From Xanthobacteraceae bacterium (lineage in GTDB: Bacteria; Pseudomonadota; Alphaproteobacteria; Rhizobiales; Xanthobacteraceae), in contig JBKQQE010000313.1 of assembly GCA_052326245.1 (NCBI GenBank), forward strand, positions 1-19,751: 19,751 bases of DNA, in the 5' to 3' direction. Positions 7,568 to 14,293 of this stretch are shown in pieces. The notes beneath the pieces are model-generated. The model had not been told where the DNA came from. It saw only the letters and a list, made by a program, of their open reading frames with translations, and did no database searches. Position 1 is the first letter of the stretch. The number at the start of each line of letters is the position of its first letter. Both the position numbers and the translations under genes were made by a program.

Positions 7568-7580
7568 ACCACGACGTCAA
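7551..7580 (-). promoter_or_regulatory. Candidate sigma70-type promoter for the pmoC-like gene
   Basis: On the minus strand: TTGACG (plus 7575-7580), an 18-nt spacer, then TATCCT (plus 7551-7556). It lies about 60-90 nt upstream of the pmoC ATG. The -10 is weak, and this rests on pattern match only. Confidence 0.25.
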
Positions 7581-7734
7581 ACGCTTTGTTGTCGGCGAGC
7601 GCAGAAACCGTCTGAACTGACTGTTTTCGTGCGCCAAGACTGCCATGACGTACGCAAAGACTGCCAGGGGATGCGAGTGACTCTTACTTACCGGAACTTC
7701 CCCGGGCCGCTCGTCGAAAAGCTTCCGCAGGAAA

Positions 7735-8223
7735 TTATTGCGGCGCATCACGCGCGACGGTGACGGTAACCTGTTGCACTGAGTCCGCCACCGTGCGGTG
7801 TTGCGCATCCGCCCAGAAGACTCGCAGCGTGTTCTTGCCGGGCTTGGCCGGCAGTTCGAACACGAACAGATAGCGGTCCTCACCGAGGCGAACGAGCTGG
7901 TCGCGGCTCGGCATCATCGAGACGTCCTGGGCTTCGATGTGAAGATGCGTGCCCGGCACTGGCGCGCCCATCGTCATCTTGCCGAGGTCGGCCGGCGTCT
8001 GGAATACGATCGCCAGGCGAGTGCCTACGGTGGCGCCGTTTTGCGGCATCAGTATTTTCAGGGGCGGCAACTGCGCCGGCGCCTCGCTGGCCATCGGCAT
8101 CGTGTCCCCGCCGGTATGCTGATGGTGCATGTGCTCCATATTGGATTGCGCGACGGCCGGCGACGCGGCGAGCACCGCCAGCACCGGGAGCATCTCGAAA
8201 AGGCAGGTCCGCTTGGCAGTCAT
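7735..8223 (-). CDS. Periplasmic His/Met-rich putative copper-binding protein, possibly DUF4399-like
   Basis: From ORF 7735..8322. The start is placed at ATG 8223 because GGGGAGG lies 6 nt upstream. The longer ORF start lies inside a repeat element. Signal peptide: MTAKRTCLFEMLPVLAVLAASPAVA. The mature N-terminus is QSNMEHMHHQHTGGDTMPM. The later motifs PQNGATV, GTHLHI, PGKNTL and ADAQH resemble the DUF4399 pattern as I recall it, but this is unverified. Confidence 0.75.
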   Translation of the reverse strand: MTAKRTCLFEMLPVLAVLAASPAVAQSNMEHMHHQHTGGDTMPMASEAPAQLPPLKILMPQNGATVGTRLAIVFQTPADLGKMTMGAPVPGTHLHIEAQDVSMMPSRDQLVRLGEDRYLFVFELPAKPGKNTLRVFWADAQHRTVADSVQQVTVTVARDAPQ

Positions 8224-8255
8224 CAACGCCTCCCCTTGTTTATTGTGATTCACGG

Positions 8256-8330
8256 CTAGTGGAGTGGATTTGACATTCGCTTTGAGAGCCCGCGGCGATG
8301 CTGAATCGAAAGTCAAATCCACTCCACTAG
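8256..8330. repeat. 75-bp CTAG-bounded palindromic intergenic element, copy 1 (REP/MITE-like)
   Basis: CTAGTGGAGTGGATTTGAC (8256-8274) is the exact reverse complement of GTCAAATCCACTCCACTAG (8312-8330). About 62 of 75 positions are identical to copy 2. Confidence 0.8.
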
Positions 8331-8372
8331 TGTTCCGCTTCTAACATTCGCATCACTTTGCGGCACAAGAGT

Positions 8373-8447
8373 CTAGTGTTTTGAATTTGACATTCGCTTG
8401 GAGAGTTCGCGGCAATACTGAAGCGAATGTCAAATCCACCACACTAG
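8373..8447. repeat. 75-bp CTAG-bounded palindromic intergenic element, copy 2 (REP/MITE-like)
   Basis: CTAGTGTTTTGAATTTGACATTCGCTT pairs with AAGCGAATGTCAAATCCACCACACTAG, with a few mismatches in the outer arm. It has the same length and the same core (ATTTGACATTCGCTT...GAGAG...CGCGGC...CTGAA...GTCAAATCCAC) as copy 1. Its right end overlaps the last codons and the TAG stop (8444-8446) of the copD-fusion gene. Confidence 0.8.
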
Positions 8448-10447
8448 TGGACGTGATTGTCCGGCGCCGGCAATATTTGCGGCTCCGCGTTGAGTTTGTC
8501 CACCTGCTGGAGGAGCCGGTCCGTCGGACTCCAGCCGTTGGGCTCATCGTCGGCAATCCAGCGACCGCGAATGTAGCCGAACCGATCGATCAGGAATTCC
8601 ATGTGGCTTCTCTTCATGCCCAGGCTGCGACCATCGCCACGGTTGACCAGCGTGCGCGACAACAGTCCGTAGCTCTCCCGGATCTCGTCGGCGGCGCCGC
8701 GAACGATCGTCGCGGAGCCGCTCACGCCGGCATCGAGGGCATTGGATATCACCAGGACCACCAGACCGCGGCTTCGCATCCGATCGAGGTCCCGGCTCAG
8801 TTCGCCCATGCGCGCGAGGCTGAGTTGCTGGCCAGGGTCCGGAAACACCAGCAGGACGTTGCTTCGCTCCCGAAAGTCCTTGAGCTCGCGGGCGTTGTCG
8901 TCGTCGCCGTCCAGGTAGAAGTCGGGCGCGCCCAGCCAGGGACGCTCGGAAACGACCGAGGGCGACAGCACGCGGGCCTGAAAGCCCTGGGAAAAAGCCC
9001 GCAGGAAATTGATGATGTCCCATCGGTCCTCATCGCCCAGCACATCCGCGAATCCGGGCATGCCGCTTGGCTGAATTCCGTGCCCCAGCCACCAGTACAT
9101 GTCGCCTGCCGTGTGCAGGGCGGTATGCGGTTCGCTGAGATTCGCCGGCTGCTTCGGCAGCCCCTTCGCCGCAGGCCCATCGCCAAGGCCGCCCGGGCCG
9201 TGGCACGCCGTGCATAGCTGTTCGAAATGCTTCTTTCCTTCGAAGATCGACACCGTCAGGTACGGCACCGTGGACTGGAGATACGTGTCGGGGAAGGCCG
9301 GGACCGTCAGCGACCACAACGCCACTCCCATTCCCGCCATACCTGCGGCAGCGAGCGCTGCCAGCTGTGGCGCCGCCATGCTTCGGCGGCTCCGCACCAC
9401 CCAGGCCGCGGATAGTGCCGCAACCATGGCTCCGCCGACGACCCACAGCGGCGTCGGCCATACGGGCCAGGTCGCGTCGATGGCGAAACGAAACGGCAGC
9501 CACCAATAGGGCTGTTCGTGAGCCGCGGGGTTGGTCTGGGACAATGTGGCGGCGAGGCCGAGGACGATTGTTGCCAGGCCCAGCTCCAGCGCTACCCAGC
9601 GCGCCGCGGCGGCGTATTGTTGCGGTGCGCGCGACACTGTCGTTACAGCCGGCAGGAAGACCCGGCGCATATGGTTGGCGACCAGCAGGATGCCGACCAG
9701 CACCGCGACCTTGCCACAAATCAGCAAGCCGTAGCGTGTCCCCAGCAGATCGCCCTGCGTGCTGATAAATCCGGCGCCGAGCGCCACGCCGGAGACGGCG
9801 ATCACGACCACGCAAACCGTCGCAAGCCGCGAAAAGCGATTGAGCGCCACGGCGGTGTAACAGCGGCGCGCGTCGTTGGCGAACGGGCCGACCGTCAACA
9901 CCAGCCCGATCCAGGCCGGCAAGCCGCCGATCCACGCGCTGACGGCCACCGCATGCATGACCTGGAACGGCATGAGCCAGGCTGCCAGGTCGTCGCCGGC
10001 GGCGTGGCCGGCCAGCGGTCCGGCCGCGGCGACAACGATCGCCAGGATCAGGACCAGCCCCGCGCCCGCGCGCTCCGACCGCGTCCGCTTCGCCTTGGCC
10101 AGAAGGAGCGCGGGCGCGAGCAGGATCAGCACGAGCGAGAGCTTGAGCAGCGCGACACGGCCGTACCGCGTCTGCAACGCAAAGCTCTTCAACCATTCCC
10201 CTTCATCGATCATCCGCGCCAAGGGCAGATCGACGGTCGCGGCGGTCTGAGCGATCAAGCCCGTGACGGTCGCCAGCAAGAAGACCGACACCGCCCAGGG
10301 GAAACTTCTGCTTGCGCGATCGCGCCACGCGCGCAGAACCGGATCCGCTGTCGGGCGACTCAACAGCAGGAACGCCGCGCCGCCGACCAGCCAGGCCAGC
10401 GACAGGTACCCCGCGAGGCGAGCGAGAACCGAGACCAGCTCGGTCAC
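8444..10447 (-). CDS. copD: CopD-family copper membrane protein fused to a c-type cytochrome domain and a Cys-less thioredoxin-fold (AhpC/redoxin-like) domain
   Basis: From ORF 8444..10681. The start is placed at GTG 10447, which overlaps the copC stop as GTGA. The N-terminal ~400 aa are polytopic membrane protein with CopD-like helices (LAGHAAGDD, MHAVAVSAWIGGL). A CxxCH haem motif, CTACH, lies at 9200-9214, with a downstream GMPGF as candidate Met ligand. The C-terminal ~170 aa follow the peroxiredoxin/redoxin pattern (APDFYL..D....L.DFR...VLLVF.P ... VVLVIS ... FLIDRFGYIRGRW), but they contain no cysteine where the active-site Cys would be. Confidence 0.8.
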   Translation of the reverse strand: MTELVSVLARLAGYLSLAWLVGGAAFLLLSRPTADPVLRAWRDRASRSFPWAVSVFLLATVTGLIAQTAATVDLPLARMIDEGEWLKSFALQTRYGRVALLKLSLVLILLAPALLLAKAKRTRSERAGAGLVLILAIVVAAAGPLAGHAAGDDLAAWLMPFQVMHAVAVSAWIGGLPAWIGLVLTVGPFANDARRCYTAVALNRFSRLATVCVVVIAVSGVALGAGFISTQGDLLGTRYGLLICGKVAVLVGILLVANHMRRVFLPAVTTVSRAPQQYAAAARWVALELGLATIVLGLAATLSQTNPAAHEQPYWWLPFRFAIDATWPVWPTPLWVVGGAMVAALSAAWVVRSRRSMAAPQLAALAAAGMAGMGVALWSLTVPAFPDTYLQSTVPYLTVSIFEGKKHFEQLCTACHGPGGLGDGPAAKGLPKQPANLSEPHTALHTAGDMYWWLGHGIQPSGMPGFADVLGDEDRWDIINFLRAFSQGFQARVLSPSVVSERPWLGAPDFYLDGDDDNARELKDFRERSNVLLVFPDPGQQLSLARMGELSRDLDRMRSRGLVVLVISNALDAGVSGSATIVRGAADEIRESYGLLSRTLVNRGDGRSLGMKRSHMEFLIDRFGYIRGRWIADDEPNGWSPTDRLLQQVDKLNAEPQILPAPDNHVH

Positions 10448-10815
10448 GGCGACTTGGCGTCGGTCTTGATGCTGAACTGGTAGCCGTACTCGACCACGTG
10501 TCCGTCCTGCGAGAGAACGCGGTAATGCACGGTAAAGACTCCCGAACCGATGGTCGCGATCGGCGCCTTGACGCATTTCGGGTCGCTGCCCGCCTGCAAC
10601 TTGCCCAGCACGACGGCGGTCCCGTTGGCATCTTCCAGGGTGACCGACGAAAACTTCGCCTCGACCGCCTCGTTGAAGCAAAGATCAAGCGACGGGGGAG
10701 GTTGCGTCAGTACCGCGCGACTCCCGGGCACGGACCTGACCAGCGCTGCATGCGCATGTGCCGAACCCGGCACTGCCAGCGCGATCAGGGCCATGATTGT
10801 CATTTCTCTCTGCAT
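10444..10815 (-). CDS. copC: Periplasmic copper chaperone CopC, with a Cu(II)-type site only
   Basis: From ORF 10444..10827. The start is placed at ATG 10815, and GGGAGGAG lies upstream. Signal peptide ...ALAVPGSAHA|HAALVRSVPG leaves an N-terminal His on the mature protein. The mature protein follows the CopC pattern (SLDLCFNEAV, SSVTLED, FTVHYRVLSQDGHVVEYGYQF), including the D-x-H (DGH) of the Cu(II) site. It contains no Met, so a Met-rich Cu(I) site is absent. Confidence 0.85.
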   Translation of the reverse strand: MQREMTIMALIALAVPGSAHAHAALVRSVPGSRAVLTQPPPSLDLCFNEAVEAKFSSVTLEDANGTAVVLGKLQAGSDPKCVKAPIATIGSGVFTVHYRVLSQDGHVVEYGYQFSIKTDAKSP

Positions 10816-10941
10816 GTCCTGACCCACTCCTCCCAGGTTTTTCGCCGCGTCACAGTTGGCCGCTTCGCGGCTCTTTGCGGTCTCTATTCCGAACTTGTCC
10901 GCCGGCCATTCCGCCGCTGCGGGCCATGACCGATGCCAAAC

Positions 10942-11784
10942 TCAGGGGGATCCGGCGGCTTCGAGAAACTGGATGATCCGGCTTCGCAAGGGGGGCCAGT
11001 CCTCGTGCGCCCCGGCTCCCTCGCAGTAGTCGGTCCGCCCACCGGGCGCGCACCCCGCGAACGTGACGCAGCCGTCGTCCTGTGGCAAGGGCGGCTTTGC
11101 GAGATCGCAGGCGTTGCAGCGCGCCCACCAGAGTGCGGCTTGCTTTCCCCAGCCCGGAAAATGCGTGTCCCGTTTGCCGTGCATGACCATCACCGGAATG
11201 GGCTGCGGGCATTGAAAGCCTTCGAGGTCCTTCCCGGAGAAGCCGGCGGCGCTCGGAGCGATCGCCGACACCGTCCCTTTGGTTTGCTTCAGAAGGACGA
11301 GCGCGGTCGACACTGTTCCGCCGTCGGAGTGTCCTGTCGCATAGACCCGGTCTGGATCGATGCACCACGAGCCGGCAACTTCCCCGGGTACCCGCGCAAG
11401 TCCCGTGATGGTTTGCGGCGAGAGGGGTCGGCTGCCGACATAGGCCACAATGAAGCCTCTGCGGGTCGCATCGGTGGTCAGGCGAGTCAGAGACTCGCTC
11501 TGTTCCGCGGAATGTCCCGCCGGTGCGTAGACCATGAGCAGGGGATGCGCATAGGTGGGATCGAGGTTTGCCGGTGCCCTCACATTATAGTGGAAGCCGT
11601 CGCGCGACGAGAGTCCGTTGGTGGCGCCTGCCGCGCCCGGCTTGTTGTCGCAAGAGCCTCGGCGAGCAGCTGCATACGCGAAGCTGGCGACCTGGGTCCC
11701 CTCCTGTGCTTCCGGCGATCCGGAGCATGATGCCGCCACAAGCGCGATGGCGGCGCACATCCCGATACCAACAGAGCGTGTCAC
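10942..11784 (-). CDS. Secreted lipoprotein esterase of the alpha/beta-hydrolase class (PHB-depolymerase/LpqC-like family)
   Basis: GTG start at 11784, with GAGGG 7 nt upstream. Lipobox-like ALVAAS|C. Nucleophile elbow GHSDGG. HGKRD and a C-terminal Cys-rich tail ending in HEDWP resemble COG3509-type esterases by eye. Confidence 0.7.
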   Translation of the reverse strand: MTRSVGIGMCAAIALVAASCSGSPEAQEGTQVASFAYAAARRGSCDNKPGAAGATNGLSSRDGFHYNVRAPANLDPTYAHPLLMVYAPAGHSAEQSESLTRLTTDATRRGFIVAYVGSRPLSPQTITGLARVPGEVAGSWCIDPDRVYATGHSDGGTVSTALVLLKQTKGTVSAIAPSAAGFSGKDLEGFQCPQPIPVMVMHGKRDTHFPGWGKQAALWWARCNACDLAKPPLPQDDGCVTFAGCAPGGRTDYCEGAGAHEDWPPLRSRIIQFLEAAGSP

Positions 11785-12129
11785 GATTTGCCCTCGCCAC
11801 CGGCTGGTTGTCGACGTATCGACGGTGGCAGCGTCACGGGTGGAGGCCCGGTGGTGGTTCGCGCCTCGATCCCGGCGCGGCGCAGTCTACAACAACCGCG
11901 ACTGGATACACCAGGTGAAGGCCAATGCCGAGCGGACTACACCGACGCAATTCGGCTCGATCTCCGCTACGCCGAAGCTCACCATGACGGCGGAAGCGCG
12001 AAAACGGCGAAGGGCGGTCTTGCGGGGGTATGCCGATCCCCCGCGCCCGGCAGCGTCAGCCGGGCATGGCGCAATCACCCCGTCTGCGGGCCCTCGCTGG
12101 GCAGGGCCGGCCGGGGCCGCCCCGCAGGA

Positions 12130-12405
12130 TTATTCCGGGAGTGGAATCGGGTCGCCGGAGTGCCACTGCGGATAGTCGAGCAGGTAGATCACCGGAATCC
12201 TCAGCTGCTCCGCAACGCGTTTGGCGCCTTCAAGGATCGCGGCCTGGCGATCGGTGCCGGTTTCATGTTCTTCTTCGTCGAGTTCGACAAGATCCGTCGA
12301 GCCCCTGTCGGCGTCGACGATCATGCCGCGATCTTCGTGAACGATCATCATGTAGTGACGATCAGGAGCGCGCTCAGTGGCTGGAATTACTCTCACGTCG
12401 ACCAT
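12130..12405 (-). CDS. Small hypothetical protein
   Basis: From ORF 12130..12540. The start is tentatively ATG 12405 (MVDVRVIPATE...), with a G-rich stretch upstream. The composition is acidic and no motif is recognisable. Confidence 0.4.
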   Translation of the reverse strand: MVDVRVIPATERAPDRHYMMIVHEDRGMIVDADRGSTDLVELDEEEHETGTDRQAAILEGAKRVAEQLRIPVIYLLDYPQWHSGDPIPLPE

Positions 12406-12567
12406 GGTGAACCCCCGCTGAATCGTGCTGCTGACAGGCGTTGCGTCTGCCTCAGGTTCGGAGCGGAATGCGGCGATTCGGCGTTCCAGGTTTGGCGCGG
12501 GGTTGCCTGGCTGTGCCAAGTCGATGGCAATTTTGTGCACGCGTCGGCGAGGAGCAGGCCAACCCGG

Positions 12568-13248
12568 TCAGCGTTCCGCCGCTTCCCGTTCCATGTCGCG
12601 GCCGGACAGGTCCTCGCCCTGCATGCTGGCGTAGTCGCGCGCCATCTCCCGCATCAGGAACTTGGCGGGAACGTCGTGGTACGACCCGTGGTCGTTGACA
12701 TATTCCATGTAGGTGCGGCCCGCGCCGTCGAACGGATGCAGCAGCGCGTCGCTGTGGCCGTCGAAATCGAGCGGCTGCACGCCGACCTTGGCTCAGAGCG
12801 TGGCGTTGAAGGTCGGGGTCGCCTTGCGCCAGGCGCCGTCGACGTGGACCTCCGTGTAGCCGTGCCAGGTGAAAACGTCGGTGCCCATGCTCTGGCGCAG
12901 CTTCTCCGTGGTGAGGTGGTTGCGCACGTCGGCGAACCCGACGCGGGCGGCAATGCCGTGGACGCGACATGCCGCGGCATAGAGCGCCGCCTTGCCCACG
13001 CAGTAGCCGTTGCCGGCCGCCAGCACGCTCGAGGCCCGGAACACCTCGGGCGTGCGCGTGTCGACGTAGGGGTTGTAGCGGATGCCGTCGCGCACCGCCT
13101 TGTAAAGCAGGCTGGCCTTGGCGCGGTCGCCGGCGTCCGCCGCGACGGCGGCATTGGCGAAGTCCCGGACCGCCGGATGGTCGCTGTCGATATACTCGCC
13201 GGGCTCGGTGTAGAGGCGGCGGATGGTGTCTGGAAGAGCGTCGGTCAT
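12568..13248 (-). pseudogene. Transglutaminase-like cysteine-protease-fold protein interrupted by an in-frame TGA
   Basis: ORFs 12793..13263 and 12568..12780 are in the same frame, separated only by TGA (12793-12795) plus four codons (AKVG). Read through, the sequence is ...KATPTFNATL*AKVGVQPLDFDGHSDALLHPFDGAGRTYMEY..., which looks like one continuous protein. The catalytic-type GYCVGKA...H...D motif is in the N-terminal part. The start is probably ATG 13248. Confidence 0.6.
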
Positions 13249-13470
13249 GCCGCAGCCTAGCAAGCGGCCCCGGCGACATGCAATTCGATAGTGGGTCCGC
13301 GAGCGCGGCCGGCACCGTCGCCCCGGTGGTCAATTCCAGGCGGGCGTGGCTTGATTTGGCTCAATGGAGGCATCGACCACGGCGCCCATGCTTAAAATTC
13401 AGCCATGGCGCGTGAAGGCCGCGCCATGGCTGGTGCAGGGGTTCGCGCATCTAGATAATAAGGAGTGCCG

Positions 13471-14091
13471 ATGTCTCGCATGCTGCGGTTGCTGGCCGCG
13501 GGCACAGCCGCCTGGGTGCTTGCAACGACGTCTGCGCCGGCGCAGGGCTACGATCCGAAGCGCTGCGGCAACCGCGTTGTCGTAGAACCGGAGGCGCCAT
13601 TGCGGCCGGGATGCCAGCGCTGGGATTGCCAGCTTTCCTTCCGGCCTGCCCAGGACGAGAAGGGTGTGTATTGCATTCGCGTGTTCACCTGCGCCGTCTA
13701 CTGCCCGAAGCCAAAGACGCCAGCTGCGAACGAGCCGCAAATCTTCAACAACTGGAATTCCGGGGCATGTGGTGTCACCGACGTCGCGACGCTGACGATC
13801 GATCGACCCGTTCGGCTGCAGCGGATCGAGATCTGGTACAACTGGCGCCCGGATGAAACGACGGCGCACTACACGGCGTCGCGCGGTGACAAGATCGTCG
13901 CCGAAGGCGAACTGGCCCGTGCGGAATGCGCCCCGAACCAGGGGGCCTGGTGCGTCGCCCGCGCCGAGTCCGGCACCGACATGGAGCCGGGCACCTACGC
14001 CTATCGCACCGAACGGCCGGCGATTTGCCAGAACAGCGGCAGCGCCGGCAAGGGCTTCATCCGCGCCTATTCTGCAAGCCCAAGCCAGTGA
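13471..14091 (+). CDS. Secreted Cys-rich hypothetical protein
   Basis: ATG 13471, with AGGAG (13461-13465) 5 nt upstream. Signal peptide: MSRMLRLLAAGTAAWVLATTSAPA|QG. The mature part has 10 Cys. No family is recognised. Confidence 0.7.
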   Translation: MSRMLRLLAAGTAAWVLATTSAPAQGYDPKRCGNRVVVEPEAPLRPGCQRWDCQLSFRPAQDEKGVYCIRVFTCAVYCPKPKTPAANEPQIFNNWNSGACGVTDVATLTIDRPVRLQRIEIWYNWRPDETTAHYTASRGDKIVAEGELARAECAPNQGAWCVARAESGTDMEPGTYAYRTERPAICQNSGSAGKGFIRAYSASPSQ

Positions 14092-14270
14092 GCGAGCGCC
14101 GTGCGATCTACGATGCCTTTGTTGCGTTTCAGACCGGCGGCAACGGCAGACTGGTGGCGCGGGTCGAAGCGCCGGCCGGCCTCGCGCGGATCGGCGTCAA
14201 CGGCAGCGAGCTGGCCGCCTGCAACCTGTACTTCGCGTTTCCGCCGTCGGTGCAGGTCTCGGCGCAGTAG
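14088..14270 (+). CDS. Candidate 60-aa ORF translationally coupled to the upstream gene
   Basis: GTG 14088 overlaps the upstream TGA (14089-14091) as GTGA. Third-codon positions are strongly G/C-biased across the whole ORF (VSERRAIYDAFVAFQTGGNGRLVARVEAPAGLARIGVNGSELAACNLYFAFPPSVQVSAQ), whereas the same frame upstream of 14088 looks like Arg-rich out-of-frame noise. A frameshifted C-terminus of the upstream gene is an alternative. Confidence 0.4.
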   Translation: MSERRAIYDAFVAFQTGGNGRLVARVEAPAGLARIGVNGSELAACNLYFAFPPSVQVSAQ

Positions 14271-14293
14271 ATCGGCGCTGTACAGCGGCTCGC

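Noticed and set aside
7631-7670. Sigma54-like TGGCAG...TGCG/GGCG motifs on the minus strand (the reverse of the AAGACTGCCA repeats)
   Set aside because: The GG-to-GC spacing is 10 nt in both copies rather than the invariant 12 nt (TGGCAC-N5-TTGCW). A canonical -24/-12 promoter is therefore not supported. The repeats are kept only as unexplained phased repeats.
8224-8322. N-terminal extension of the His/Met-rich protein (ORF start at 8322)
   Set aside because: The extension is encoded by the palindromic repeat element. A strong SD (GGGGAGG) and a proper signal peptide begin at ATG 8223.
8256-8447. The repeat pair as a mini CRISPR array
   Set aside because: There are only two copies, each is itself a long palindrome of 75 bp, the copies are about 83% identical rather than near-identical, there are no cas genes, and they sit in an operon spacer. 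A REP/MITE-like interpretation fits better.
10448-10681. N-terminal extension of the copD-fusion ORF overlapping copC
   Set aside because: The extension is Arg-rich noise in a frame that overlaps the well-supported copC gene. GTG 10447 gives a GTGA coupling junction and begins directly with a TM helix.
11785-12129. A ~345-bp stretch with only weak ORFs (e.g. 11618..12175 +, 11887..12078 -), considered as a hidden gene or sRNA
   Set aside because: No frame shows a consistent third-position G/C bias, an SD or any motif. There are GC-rich hairpins near 12085-12128 but no U-tract. The evidence is insufficient to call anything.
12793-12795. TGA as a selenocysteine codon in the transglutaminase-like gene
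   Set aside because: I can see no convincing SECIS-like stem-loop immediately 3' of the TGA, only a trivial GCC-N6-GGC pairing. This protein family is not known to me as a selenoprotein. A nonsense mutation or a sequencing error is more parsimonious.
11788-13260. 490-aa plus-strand ORF
   Set aside because: It lies opposite the transglutaminase-like gene and the small hypothetical gene. The composition is typical of antisense frames, and there is no SD or recognisable domain.
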